A model generated the notes under the pieces. The model made no database searches and had not been told where the DNA came from. It was given only the letters and a program-made list of their open reading frames with translations. A stretch of DNA of 64,000 bases, taken from contig JABVCE010000012.1 of NCBI GenBank assembly GCA_014905635.1, positions 1 through 64,000 on the forward strand, written 5' to 3'. Both the position numbers and the translations under genes were made by a program. Of the stretch, positions 10,201-21,274 are shown in pieces (positions within the stretch are counted from its first letter, which is position 1; every line of letters begins with the position of its first letter). The DNA comes from Scenedesmus sp. PABB004. Taxonomy: Eukaryota.

Positions 10201-13200
10201 GCCGCCAGCGCGACATCGGCGTCGCGGCGCGCCTGCACGGCGGCTTGGACCGCCGGCGTGAAGATGCGCCGCGCGGCGGCGGCGTTGCCGCCGCCACCGC
10301 CCGAGCGCACCTCCCTGTAGCCGACGCTGCCATCGACCGCCGTCCAAATGGCATCGCACAGCGCAGCCTTGGCGCGCGCGCACGCCTCGCGCGCCGGCAG
10401 CAGCGCGCTGCCCACCTGGTCGGCGAGGGCAGCCACGTCGTCGGCATAGTCGGCCAGCGCGTCGGCGAGCTCCGCGCGGTAGGCATCGGCATGCCCCGCA
10501 TCGCGCTGCCCCGGGACCGGCTTGAGCAGGTCGGTGCGCGCGACGCGGCGGCGCAGGCCCGCGGGGGCGCGCGCGCGGGCGGCGGGGTGAGGCAGGCAGG
10601 TCCACAGCAGCAGGTGGTCAGACTTCGTGATGCGCCGATCGTCGGCCACGGTCAGGGCGCAGGGCGCCGGGCCGCGGCTGGAGGGGAGCGCCCACGCCGC
10701 TGGCGCGAGGACGTAGTCGAGCACCGAGCACTGCTCGGTGTGCGTGCCGTCAGCGCCGCACACGAGGCGGGCGCGGGTGTAGGCAGGCAGGCCGGTGGCG
10801 GTGGGCGCGCGCCCGTTGAGGGCGTACAGGTCAGTGGCGTCGAGCATGGCCAGCAGGGCCTGGCCCGCCGCGTCGGGCGCGCCGCTCTCCCCCCACTGCC
10901 CGATGCGTGCCGGCGGCTGGTCCGCCTGCTGCTGCGCTGGCGCGCTGCTGCCCACGCGGCTGTTGAAGTCGCCCAGCACCAGCACCGCGCCCCGCTCCTG
11001 GAACCTCTGGATGTCCGTCTGCAGCTGCGCGTAGGTGTCGGCCCGCAGCGCGGCGCTCTCCAGCGACGCCGGCGGCAGGTAGACGACGCCGACAAACGCC
11101 GGCCGCGCGGTCGCGGCGCTGCCGCCGCGGCGCAGCTCCAGCCAGAGCGCCTCGGGCAGCTGCGTGTCGGCGTGCGCGCGCACGAGCGGGGCCAGCGCGC
11201 GCGCGACGTAAAAGCCCACGCCCCCGCCCTGCCCCCGGCTGCGCGGCTTGCCGATGAAGGTGTAGCCAGGCAGCTCGTGGGCGACGCAGGGGTGGCCCTC
11301 CCAGGTCTCGACGACGGCGAGGATGTCGATGCAGAGCGCCGTCGTAGCAGCGGCGAGCTCGGCAGCCTTCAGCCTGGTCATGCCGCAGACGTTGATGCAC
11401 GCCACGCGGAGCCCCGCGCGGGCCCACGCCAGGTTGGCGGCGCGTACGAGGCCTGTGTGGCGGCGGCGCATGCGGCGGTCGGTGTAGGCGGGACACGCGC
11501 GGCGCGCCCGCGCCGCGTTGTCGGCCGCCGGGACGCGCTCCGGCGCGAGCGGCACGTCGGCGGCCGCCGCCCCGGCAGCCGGGGCGGCGGCCGCAGCGGC
11601 CGGCGCCGCCGGGGCGCGTCGGCGCCAAGCGCGAGCTGAGCGGCCGCGGCGGCGGCAAGGGGGTAGAGGTCAGCGCGCGCGCCGCGCGCGGCGAGCCCGG
11701 CCCAGTGCGGCGCGAGCTCGGGCGCGTCGGCGACCGCGTGCCGCGCAGCCTCGTCGGCGTCCATGTCCTCCGCGTCGCCGTCGGTGTAGGCTACGGCAAA
11801 GAAGGGCGGCCGGACGGTGAGCACGCCGTAAAAGTGCTGCCGGTGCGACCGGAAGTACTTCTTGACGACCACGCCATCTGCGGGCGTCGGCGGCAGCAGG
11901 CGCGCGCGCAGCGCGTGCACCGCGTGCGCTGCTGGTACGCTGCCGGCAAGGTGGCCCCGCGCCTCCTCCTCCGTCATCGTCTCGTCCTCGCCGTCGGTGT
12001 AGTGCACACGGTAGGCGTAGGGGCCGCGGGCGCCGCGGATCTTGAGCACCACGCCGTAGAAGTCGCCGTGGCCAGCAAAGTGCTTGCACACAATGCTGCC
12101 GTGCAGGCGCGGGGGAGCCGCGCGGCACTCGGCGCCGCTGTCCGGCGCCGCCTCGGCGGCGGCAGCATCGGCGAGCGCTGCGTAGGGGTTGGCGTCTGTG
12201 GGCAGGGGCGGCTGAGCAGGCAGGGCGCGGCCGTCCTCGCAGACCACGAGGCGCCAGCCGAGCTGCGCGCGCAGCGCCGCCGCCAGCGCCGCGCGGTGCT
12301 GGAGCAGCGCAGCGCGGTGGGCGCTGGGGATGCGCTGCAGGCGCACACGCATGACGCGGCGGCGCTGCGCCGCACGCGTGCTGCCCATCCACTGCATGCG
12401 CCCCGCGGCCAGCGCGGCCGCCGCCAACGTGAGCGTGTCGGCATCAGCCCCCGCTGCAATAGCCCGCCGGACGGCCTCGGAGAGCTTGCTGCGCGCGGGG
12501 TTGCCGCCGTCGATGGCATCCTCGGGGCCGACGCCAAACACCAGGGCAGAGAGCCCCAGCGCACAAGGCGGGGCCGCACGCTGCGCGACCGCCGCGGGGC
12601 GGCCTTGGGCATGACCTGTCGTGCGGCGGCGGGCGGCGGTGGCAGGCGGCGCGTGGGCAGGTGCGGCGGTGGGTGCAGCGCGCGCGCGGCCAGTGCTGCC
12701 GGGCAGGCGCGCGCCCCCAGCACGCCGCTCCGGCGGCCCCGCCGGGGTCGGCAGGGCCGCCGCGCGGCGCCAGGCCCCCTCCACCCAGGCGTAGTCCGGC
12801 CCCGGTGCGGGCCCGGCGGCGGACGGCCCAACCCCGAGCTTGTCGCTGGTGATGGTCCGCCACGCGCCGCCCACGCACACGTAGAGCGGCCCGCCGACGC
12901 CAGGACCACAGGGGCGCACGGCAGGCGAGCCCGGCGTGGCCGCTGTGGCCCTGACGCCGGCTGCAGCCGCCTCCGTTCCTGCGTCCCTGTGGTCCTGCAT
13001 GGTGTGTCAGTAGCTGGAGGGTGGGGCAGCCGCGTGCGCGCGGTGAGCGTGGGCGTTGGCAGGTGCTGGGCGAGCTGCAGCGGCGGCCGCGGCTGGCAGG
13101 CGAGCGCCCCGCCTAGCGGCTGCGCTGTGCAGGGGAGTCCGGCTGGGTCCGGCGGCGTGGCGCGTCTTAGGGGTGTGCACGCTGCCGCTGGCGGGCCAGA

Positions 13201-13768
13201 CGTCTCCTGCGCCAGCGCTGTCGCTCTCGGGGCACCCGCCCGCTGCCGCTGCCGCCGCTGCTGCCGTTGCTCCAGCGTGACCGACAGCGTGCGCCTCCGG
13301 CGCAGTGCAGCCCCCTTGAAGGTCAAGGGGTCCGCATCGCGCTGGGCACGCCGTCAGTCGCCTTGCCGTCGCCGCTGTCGCTGCCGTGGTCGCTGCGCTG
13401 CTGCTGCCGCACGCTGCAGGCCCGCCGCTTGCGCGGCGGGCCCGCCACGGCTGCCCTCACGTCTCCAGCCTCACGAAAACGCGCTCTGAGCAGGCGCGCG
13501 CGCCCGCACGGGCGCGCGCGCGGCCGAACGGAACTAGCCGTTGGCGGGCAGCCCGCCACGGCCGACTGGCTCCGCGCGGGCTCGCGCGGCTCCGGCGCTG
13601 CGCGTGCGGGCCGAAATAGGGTCTGGTGTGGCGCTGGTCCTGGCTTTTCGGCACGCAATGGCCTCCCGGGAGCCACCCCAAGTTGTTGGACGCAGCGATG
13701 TTGATAGCAAGTGTGTGTGTGCGTGTGCGTCCGTCTGTCGCAGGACTGCATGCCGATCTCCTAGGCCG
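7214..13768 (-). mobile_element. Apparently full-length (~6.55 kb) RTEX-like LINE with (TATCTT)n tail
   Basis: TSD GTGGGA at 7208-7213 and 13769-13774; the host frame rejoins as AAAWEQHL. Long APE-RT ORF and microsatellite tail. The clade call is inferred from the tail type and the C-terminal CCHC. Confidence 0.9.
7238..13000 (-). CDS. LINE polyprotein: 2x Tudor-like, AP endonuclease, reverse transcriptase, CCHC knuckle (apparent frameshifts near 11612, 7705 and ~7600)
   Basis: APE: INVCG, VETW, GGVGFYV, LGDFNSRVG, LDY, SDH. RT: NYRPITL, QQGFRPGRS, FLDIAKAYDTV, GWEQGDTL, LLFADD, YRYLG. Knuckle: CPCC...HFLFEC. Upstream are two K.F...FYG....Y.V.YTDG..E.M repeats. The terminal frame ends GREPVV-TAA at 7238. 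Confidence 0.85.
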
Positions 13769-13816
13769 GTGGGAGCAGCATCTGCCAGACTTGGCCGACG
13801 CCTGGCGGGTCAAGCA

Positions 13817-14219
13817 TGTTGCGCTGCTGCTCGCTGCTCAGTGGCGAGGCCGTTGGTGTGTGGCGTGACTCCGTTAAGATAAAGATAAAGATAAAGATAG
13901 TTACACCACAGGCTCGCGCCCATTGTTACAATCGCCAAGCAGTGGGGCGCCTATTTGTAGGGCGCGCGCGCGCTGGCTATAGCGCCACGAGCTACAGCAG
14001 CTACAGCGCGCTACAGCGCTACAGCGCGCTACAGCGCGCCACGGCGCGCCACGGCGCGCTCCAACAGCGCACGGGCTGTTGAGCTGTTCGCGAGACAGCG
14101 CGCGCGCAGCAGTGCGCGCGGGCTGATGCCAGGTGTAGCAAGCTACAGCCGGCTGTAGCAGGCTGCAGCCAGGTGCAAGGGAGCAAGGCAAAAATCAGCT
14201 AGAGTGCTGAATTACAACA
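13817..14219. mobile_element. Composite unclassified insertion in the host APE, including a GCTACAGC-repeat segment
   Basis: Interrupts the host at RVKH|PGRR. (C)AAGCA occurs at 13811-13816, 13936-13941 and 14220-14224. Confidence 0.55.
13877..13924 (-). mobile_element. Ultra-short RTEX-like 3'-end insertion
   Basis: Tail plus ~26 nt of element end; GTTA duplicated at 13873-13876 and 13925-13928. Confidence 0.85.
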
Positions 14220-14543
14220 AAGCACCCCGGGCGGCGTGCGTTCACGTATGTGCGCGCAAACGCTGCCTCGCGGCTGGACGGGATTCATTTGTCGGCGGGC
14301 GTCGCCCCGCAGCTGGCGTCGTGCTGGCACGCAGACCGGCTGGGCGCGGTCAGCGACCACACCGCGGTCGTAGCCTTGCTACTGCCGGCGGGGCGCGACG
14401 CGCTGGGCCCGGGGCTCCAGCGCCTGCGTCTCTCCTTCCAAGGCGACGCCGTGTGTCAGCGCGCCCTGCGCGACTGGCTGCACGCGCAGCACGCCCCCGC
14501 GGGCGACGCGGCGGTGTTGGGCTGGTGGCCGACATTCAAGCAG

Positions 14544-14602
14544 AAAAAAAAAAGATAAAGATAAAGATAGTTACACCACAGGCTCGCGCCCCTTAAGGAC
14601 GA
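14544..14602 (-). mobile_element. Ultra-short RTEX-like 3'-end insertion with internal microdeletion
   Basis: TSD AAGCAG at 14538-14543 and 14603-14608; the host frame rejoins as WWPTFKQRLIAKVGELN. Confidence 0.85.
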
Positions 14603-15262
14603 AAGCAGCGACTCATTGCCAAGGTGGGGGAACTCAATTTTGCTAAAAACTGAACCCAAACTGAACCTAGCTTTGCACACTGCTGCAGCATTGGCAATTG
14701 TGTTTGACGGTCGGGGCGGCAGCGACGCTGATTGGGAGGCGCGTATGACGCACGTGCGGCGCGCGCTGCGGCGTGTGTCGATGCTCCCGCACATGTCGTC
14801 GTTTGGCCGCGCCTTTGCGGCCAACGCGTACGCGCTGGCAACGGTGCTCTACGCGGGCCAGTTTGGGGGTGGCTTGACGGAGCAGCATCTCACTGACATC
14901 CTCAAGTGGTGCGGCGGGCTGGTGGACGCAGGGTTGGACCCCGAGGGCGACCTGCGCCGCCCGCCCGGCATCCCCAAGGCATGCATGGCTGCGCATCCGA
15001 GGGAGGGAGGCATGGGGCTGCTGCCGGTGCGCGAACACCTGTATGCGCGCTGGGCGACGGAGGGCGCGGAGCTCATCACGGGGCAGGGGGCCGCGGGTGC
15101 AGTGCCCTGGGCGGCGGCGTGTGGGGAGCTTTGGCGCGTGTGGGCGGATCGCGTGCGCCCCGATGCGGGCGCGTGCGGGGACACGGTTTGGGGATTGATG
15201 TTGTGCGACAAACGCCTTCTTTTTGACAGCGGGCGCCAGCGGCTGCCGCAGCCCCTACGCTC

Positions 15263-16059
15263 CGGCGGCCCGCGGCGCGGCCGGCCGGCGGAGCTGCTCA
15301 TGCGCCTGCGCATGGAGTGCCTCCCGCTGCGCGCTGCCCACAGCCACGCGCGCCGGGGGAGTCGATCGCGCAGCAGGCGGAGCGAGAGCGCTGCCCCTGC
15401 TGCGCTGCGCGCGCGCCCGAATCGGCCGCGCACTTTCTCTTTGAGTGCGGCGCGCCCGGCCGCCCTGCACGCCTCGTTGCGCTGCTTGCGGACCTCCGTG
15501 CCAGCGGCGGGGGCGCGCATGCTGGCGCGCTGGCTGCGCACCTGCGTGCGGCTGGTGTTGAGATGGCGGCTAGCGGCAGCCAGGAGCTGGAGGCTGGAGC
15601 TGGCGGCGGCGGCAGGCAGCGGCAGCGTCAGCGACCCCGGCGTCGTGGCTAGCGCGGCGGCCCCTCGGGCTGCTGACGCAGGCGCGGCGGTCAGCATCAG
15701 CGACAGCGGCGTCACGGCTGATACGGCGGCCCCTCGGGCTGATGATGTCAGCGCGGCGGTCAGCGTCAGCAGCGTCTCTACTGGTGCGGCGATAAAGATA
15801 AAGATAAAGATAGTTACACCACAGGCTCGCGCCCATTGGCCCCTCGGGCTGCCGTTACCGGCGCGGCGAGTCGATGTGCAGCACTGGAGCAGGCTCGGCG
15901 TTATCTGCTTGGTGACCTGCTGCAGGATCAGCTTGCTGTTCACTCTGTGGCAGATTATGTGATGGACATCTGGAAGATGCGGGACACCGTCCTTAAGGGG
16001 CGCGGGACCAATGGGCGCGAGCCTGTGGTGTAACTATCTTTATCTTTATCTTTTATCTT
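15263..16059 (+). mobile_element. 5'-truncated RTEX-like copy (~750 bp)
   Basis: Reverse complement of ~7215-7960; TSD TACGCTC at 15256-15262 and 16060-16066. Confidence 0.9.
15792..15838 (-). mobile_element. Ultra-short RTEX-like 3' end inserted in opposite orientation inside a sister copy
   Basis: Splits GGTGCGGCG|GCCCCTCGGG; no clear TSD. Confidence 0.85.
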
Positions 16060-16332
16060 TACGCTCGTTCGCGCTCGGGCTGCGCGCGCTGCCGCCGCTG
16101 GAGTGGCTGGGGCCGGGGGAGTACGACTGGCAGGCCCACAGCTGGGATGCCCCCCTGTGGGGCAACCCGCTGCTCACGGTGCGGCAGCAGTGGCGCTGGC
16201 CGGCCCAGCCGGGGGAGGAGTGTGTGCGTGATGTGGCAGTGGGCTTGGAATGTGTGGTAGCCCCGGGCTTGCGCGGGCTGCCCTGCCTGCAGACGGTGGG
16301 CCAGGCGGTCACGCTGCTGGCCGTTCTTGAAT

Positions 16333-17053
16333 GCTGCTGGAGCTGGCGGCGGCGGCAGCGGCAGCGTCAGCGACCCCGGCGTCGTGGCTAGCGCGGCGGC
16401 CCCTCGGGCTGCTGACGCAGGCGCGGCGGTCAGCATCAGCGATAGCGGCGTCACGGCTGATATGGCGGCCCCTCGGGCTGATGATGTCAGCGCGGCGGTC
16501 AGCGTCAGCAGCGTCTCTGCTGGTGCGGCGGCCCCTCGGGCTGCCGTTACCGGCGCGGCGAGTCGGTATGCAGCACTGGAGCAGGCTCGGCGTTATCTGC
16601 TTGGTGACCTGCTGCAGGATCAGCTTGTTGTTCACTCTGTGGCAGATTATGTGATGGACATCTGGAAGATGCGGGGCACCGTCCTTAAGGGGCGCGAGAC
16701 CAATGGGCGCGAGCCTGTGGTGTAACTATCTTTATCTTTTTATCAGCGATAGCGGCGTCACGGCTGATATGGCGGCCCCTCGGGCTGATGATGTCAGCGC
16801 GGCGGTCAGCGTCAGCAGCGTCTCTGCTGGTGCGGCGGCCCCTCGGGCTGCCGTTACCGGCGCGGCGAGTCGGTGTGCAGCACTGGAGCAGGCTCGGCGT
16901 TATTTGCTTGGTGACCTGCTGCAGGATCAGCTTGCTGTTCACTCTGTGGCAGATTATGTGATGGACATCTGGAAGATGCGGGACACCGTCCTTAAGGGGC
17001 GCGGGACCAATGGGCGCGAGCCTGTGGTGTAACTATCTTTATCTTTATCTTTA
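16333..17053 (+). mobile_element. Two head-to-tail truncated RTEX-like copies (junction ~16742) inside one TSD
   Basis: Two (TATCTT)n tails at 16726-16744 and 17033-17057; TSD TCTTGAAT at 16325-16332 and 17054-17061. Confidence 0.88.
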
Positions 17054-18486
17054 TCTTGAATCGGATCGGTTGACTCCGCCTCGTTGGGGCCTTGGGTTGG
17101 CGGAACACATGAATTACCTGGCTGCAGTCTGGGTGCCATGCCTGGCTTCCCGGCAGTATTACCAGGCAAGTAGGCAGCGTGCACTCGATGACGTGTGCGC
17201 GCTGGTTGACAGGCTGCCGCCATCCTGGGTGGCGGCGGCGCGAGCTCGGCTGGCGGCGGCGGCGCGCGCGGGCCAGCCCGTGAGCGCCCCGGCGCTGGTG
17301 CAACCAGCAGCGTTGGCGGCGGCACGTGCGGCGATTGCGGTTGGCCTGGGCTGGCCGCTTGTGGGTCGGCCGGTGCAGCCTGGTTGCCGGCCGGGGGTAC
17401 GGCTGGGGCAGCTCACGGTGGCGCTGGCCACGCGGCTGCAGGCGCTGCTGGCGCGCGCTGAGCTGCATGCCCGCCACCACCGCCACTGTCTGACGGTTTC
17501 TGAGTTTGATGGTTTGCCGCACATTGGTGATGATGAGCTTGCGATGCGCACGCGCCACGCCACGGTGTGCCAAGCCCTGGCGCGCTGGTGGCAGCTCAAG
17601 GTGCCCAACACGTACAAGGAGGCGGCCTGGCGGCTCACGCTGCAGGCCTTTCCAACTGCCAGCCGCATGCAGCCGGGGCCGGGCATGGTGGACTATTGTG
17701 TCTACTGCTGCCCAGGGCCGCCGGAGGCGCCGGAGCCAGCGGAGGCGTCCGGCCTGGGCGGCGCGCTGCACCCGAGCGAGGCGCACCATTTCTGGCGGTG
17801 CCCGGTGGCAGGCGAGGTGTGGGGTGAGATCGAGAAGCAGCTGGCTGCTTTTGGCTGGTGGCCGGACGGCGCGCGCTTGCACTGCAGGCACATCTAGCTG
17901 GGGCGCCGGCCGCGGGAGCAGCTGTCCCAGATGGTCTGGGACATGGTCTGCATCGCTGCAATTCACGCGTGCGAACGCGGCCGGCGCGTGGCCTGGATTG
18001 TCCTGCAAGTGCGGGAGCGTGCCTTGCCCTTTGACGTGGCTCGAGACATTGTGAGGCGGGCGGCAGTGAGTGCGTTTTGGGAGGCGCTGGCCGACTTTGC
18101 GGCGACCGCTTACGTGCCGCGCGCCGCCCGTACGCCCGACCTGACGGGCCAGCCCTTTCTGGCTTGGTGCACTCCCCGCGTCGCGGGGAGTGGCTTGGTT
18201 GTTATTCGGCGATGAGGATGGTGGCATTCTCCCAGCACTCCCGCGCGCGCGGGTTGCGCGCTCGCGGGCACGCGCGACCTGCGGTCACCGGCTGCTGCCG
18301 ACACTGAAATACTGCTACTGCCCAGCAGCGAGCGATCGGTCAAGGTGCGTGTGCGGAGACAGCACTGAGCGTGTGCAGGCGACGCTTTTGGGCGTGAGCG
18401 TGGCCACGGGCGGCAGCTGCGCGTGAGTGACTGACTATACCAAAGTGATGGGGTCCGTGTTTGCGCCGTAGGCGCTTGTTCACCCC

Positions 18487-18627
18487 TGGTAACCTGCTGC
18501 ATGACCAACTTGTTGTTCACTCGGTGGCAGACTATGTGATGGGCATTTGGAAGATGCGGGACACCGTCCTTAAGGCGCGCGGGACCAATGGGCGCGAGCC
18601 TATGGTGTAATCGACTTTGACTTTGAC
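18487..18627 (+). mobile_element. Diverged RTEX-like 3' fragment with (GACTTT)n tail
   Basis: Homologous to the element end (...GGCGCGAGCCTATGGTGTAA), followed by TCGACTTTGACTTTGAC. Confidence 0.8.
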
Positions 18628-18847
18628 AGCACTGCATACGTGCAGGCGTCGCGTTTGGGCGTTTGGCGTGCCCACGCGGGGGAGGGCCGAGCAGCATCGG
18701 CGCTGACGGCGGCGGCGACCCGCCGGGCTGGAGCCCCGGGCGCGTCGTTGCTTCCTACGTCGGGCCGCACGTGGTACGGGGCGCGGCTAGGCTGCGAGTG
18801 ACACGTTACACGGACCGCCCACCGCCGGCCGCCGCGCCAGACGGCGC

Positions 18848-21235
18848 TCAGCGCGCGCCGCTACTGCCGCCGCCGCCGCCGCCGCCGCTCGCGGCGGCCG
18901 CCTCGTCGTCGACGCGCGCAAACTGCCAGGTCCAGGCGGTGTTGTACAGGAACTGGCGGTGGTCGAAGCGGTTGTCGTCCGGCGAGTAGCCCTCGGCGTG
19001 GTACGCGGGCGGCAACACGGTGGCCTTGTGGCGGTTGATGGCGTAGAAGCGGAAAAACGCCTTCACCTGGCGGCGGCGCAGGGCGCGCGGCAGAGGGTGA
19101 GCGACGGGGGCGGCAGGCGACCAGCAGAGGGCGGCGGCGGCGCGGCGCGGCTCGGCGCGCCGGGGCAGCCCCCTCCGTCGCGCGCTGCCGCGCGCGCGCC
19201 TTGTCGGCGACCACGAGCGGCGGGTGCGTGTCGCGCCAGAGCGCGGCGGCGGCGCGGAACATCGCGACCGGCCCGCGCGCGCGACCTTGCGCAAGCGGCC
19301 GTACAGGCCCAGCTCGTCGTAGGTCATGCCCATGTCCGCCTCGTCGCTCTGCGGCGCGACGCCCGGCCTGCGGGGTCGGGCGCGGGGTCCGGGGCGCGGG
19401 GTCGGGCGCGCACGGCGCCGTGTCGCGCGCTGCCGCGTCGCGCCCGGCCGGCCGACGCGCGGCGCCCCCGCCCGGCCCGGGCCGGCCCGCGCCCCCGCAC
19501 CGGAGCGGCTCCAGCTCCGCGCTCGGCGGCGCGGCGCGCACGTCGGCGAGCGCGGGGTAGCCGAGCGCCGGCGCGGCCAGGCCAGGAAGGACCGCAGGTC
19601 GGCCTTGCTGACGCCGCCAATGGGGTTTATGTCGGCGGCGCTGCAGTCGTACTTGGTCAGGTACCCTCGCAGCGCCTCGTCCACGTTGGCCGCGCCCAGC
19701 ACGAGCAGGAAGCCGCCGCGCCGCCGCGCCCAGGGAAGCAGCTGCGCGAGCAGGAAGGCAAACACCATGCGCAGCCGCGCCTGGGCGCGGCGCGGGGGAG
19801 AGGGTTGTTGCGTGTGCGCGCCGGCGGGCGGGCGGGCCGGCGGGCGGGGAGGGGTCGGCGACCCAGAGCCAGCGGCGCCGGCGCCGGGCGCGGCGGCGGC
19901 GCGCGGCGCGCCTGGATGTTTTGCAGGGCCAGGTTCTCGGCGGGGCTGCCGCCGTCGACGCGGAAGCGCGGCGCCGCGCCCGTGAGCGCCGTGAAGAGCG
20001 CCGTGACCGCGGCCACGAGGCTGTCGATGCTCACGTCCAGGTGGTACGACCCCACCTGCCCCGCAAGCGCCTTGGCGCTGCGCACGCGCGGCGGCGGCGG
20101 CGGCGGCGTTGTTGGCGACGGCGGGGGCGGCAGCGGGCGGCGGGGGCCGACGTGGCGGCGGCGGCGGGTTGGCGGCGGCGGCGGCGGCTGCTGCGGCGGC
20201 GGCGGCGGCGGCGGCGGTGGGCGGCGGGCCGCACCGCGCGCGCGTGTCGGCGGAGCTGTTGGCGGTGCCCATGTAGACCGTGTGCAGCAGCCGCCCCGCA
20301 AGCTCGCCCGCGTCGCCGAGCGCCTCGCCCTCGCCGTACTGCCCCACGCGCCGCGCGTCGGCCGCCACGGCGGCGTCCCCCGCGGCGGCCGCCTTGACCA
20401 CCAGCTGCGCCGGGGCGCGCGGCGCGGCCGGCGGGTCGGCACGGGTCGGCTCGGCCGGTCGGCGCGGTGCGGCGCGGGGTGCAGCGCGCGCCCGCTGGTG
20501 CCGGCGCCCCACCTGGCACATGGAGCCCACGATCGCGGCGACGGAGCTCGAGTCGGCACCGCCGCTGAGGGGCAGCAGGAAGCCGGCCGCGTCGCTGCGG
20601 CGCAGGTAGTCCCACAGCCAGGCGGCGGGGCCGAGCGCAATCTCCTCTTCGGGGACATGGAACTGGGCGGCGCGCGCGGGCGCAGACGGACGCGGGCGGA
20701 GCAGGCGGCGGGCGGAGCGGGCGTCGGGCGGCGCGGGCGTCGGGCGGCGGGAGCCGCGCGCGCGCGCGGGGCGCGGCGGCGGCGCGGCGGCCTGCCCCGT
20801 CGTGGCGCGCGCGGGCGCGGCACACCCGCGGGGCGCGCGGCGGGTCGACCGGCCCCGTCGCGCGGCAGAGCTGGAACGGCACCGCGACCAGCGCGGGCGG
20901 CGTGGTGGCCGAGGCCTGCTCGCGCAGGCTGCTGATGGCCGCGCGGAAGGACACCACCTCGTCCAGGTCCACCGTGGCCGTCACGACCTGCGGCGGCCGC
21001 GCGCGCGCGCGCGCGGGGGGGGGGGGGGTGTCGTGCGCTGCCGCACGCGCGGGCGGGCACGCGCGGCCGCCGCGGCCGCGCGGGGCCGCCGCGTGCGTCA
21101 CCTCGACGTCCGCCAGGCTGAACTGGCTGCCCTGCGCGACGAGGGCGCCGTTGATCGCGACGCAGGCGCAGCCGTCGTAGTAGAGGCGCCCGCCGTCGCA
21201 GCCCTGCTGGTTGGCGTACAGGTACACGCCGCCCG

Positions 21236-21274
<39 letters not shown>

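Larger units (their letters stand above)
5750..18486 (+). mobile_element. Disrupted L1-like host LINE (family C): ORF1 end, ORF2 APE, post-RT and C-terminal regions; RT core missing
   Basis: ORF1-like frame stops at 6248 and ATG 6256 starts MPSNVRCVRLACHNVNGL...DTH. Removing the insertions restores GVAIL...GRLL...VVGVY...CGDFNF (6700-7210), WEQHLPDLADAWRVKH (13770-13817), PGRRAFTY...SRLD...SDH (14225-14540), MSSFGRAFAANAYALATVLY...GGMGLL (14700-15260), APLWGNPLL (16060-16330) and YKEAAWRL...HHFWRCPVA (17060-18215; premature TAG at 17895). Confidence 0.85.

Noticed and set aside
7788..11639. 1283-aa plus-strand ORF and many other Arg/Ala/Pro-rich ORFs
   Set aside because: Antisense or off-frame shadows caused by extreme GC content; no recognisable motifs.
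14640..14672. Interstitial telomere seed at the host deletion
   Set aside because: AAACTGAACCC is too far from CCCTAAA and there are only two units.
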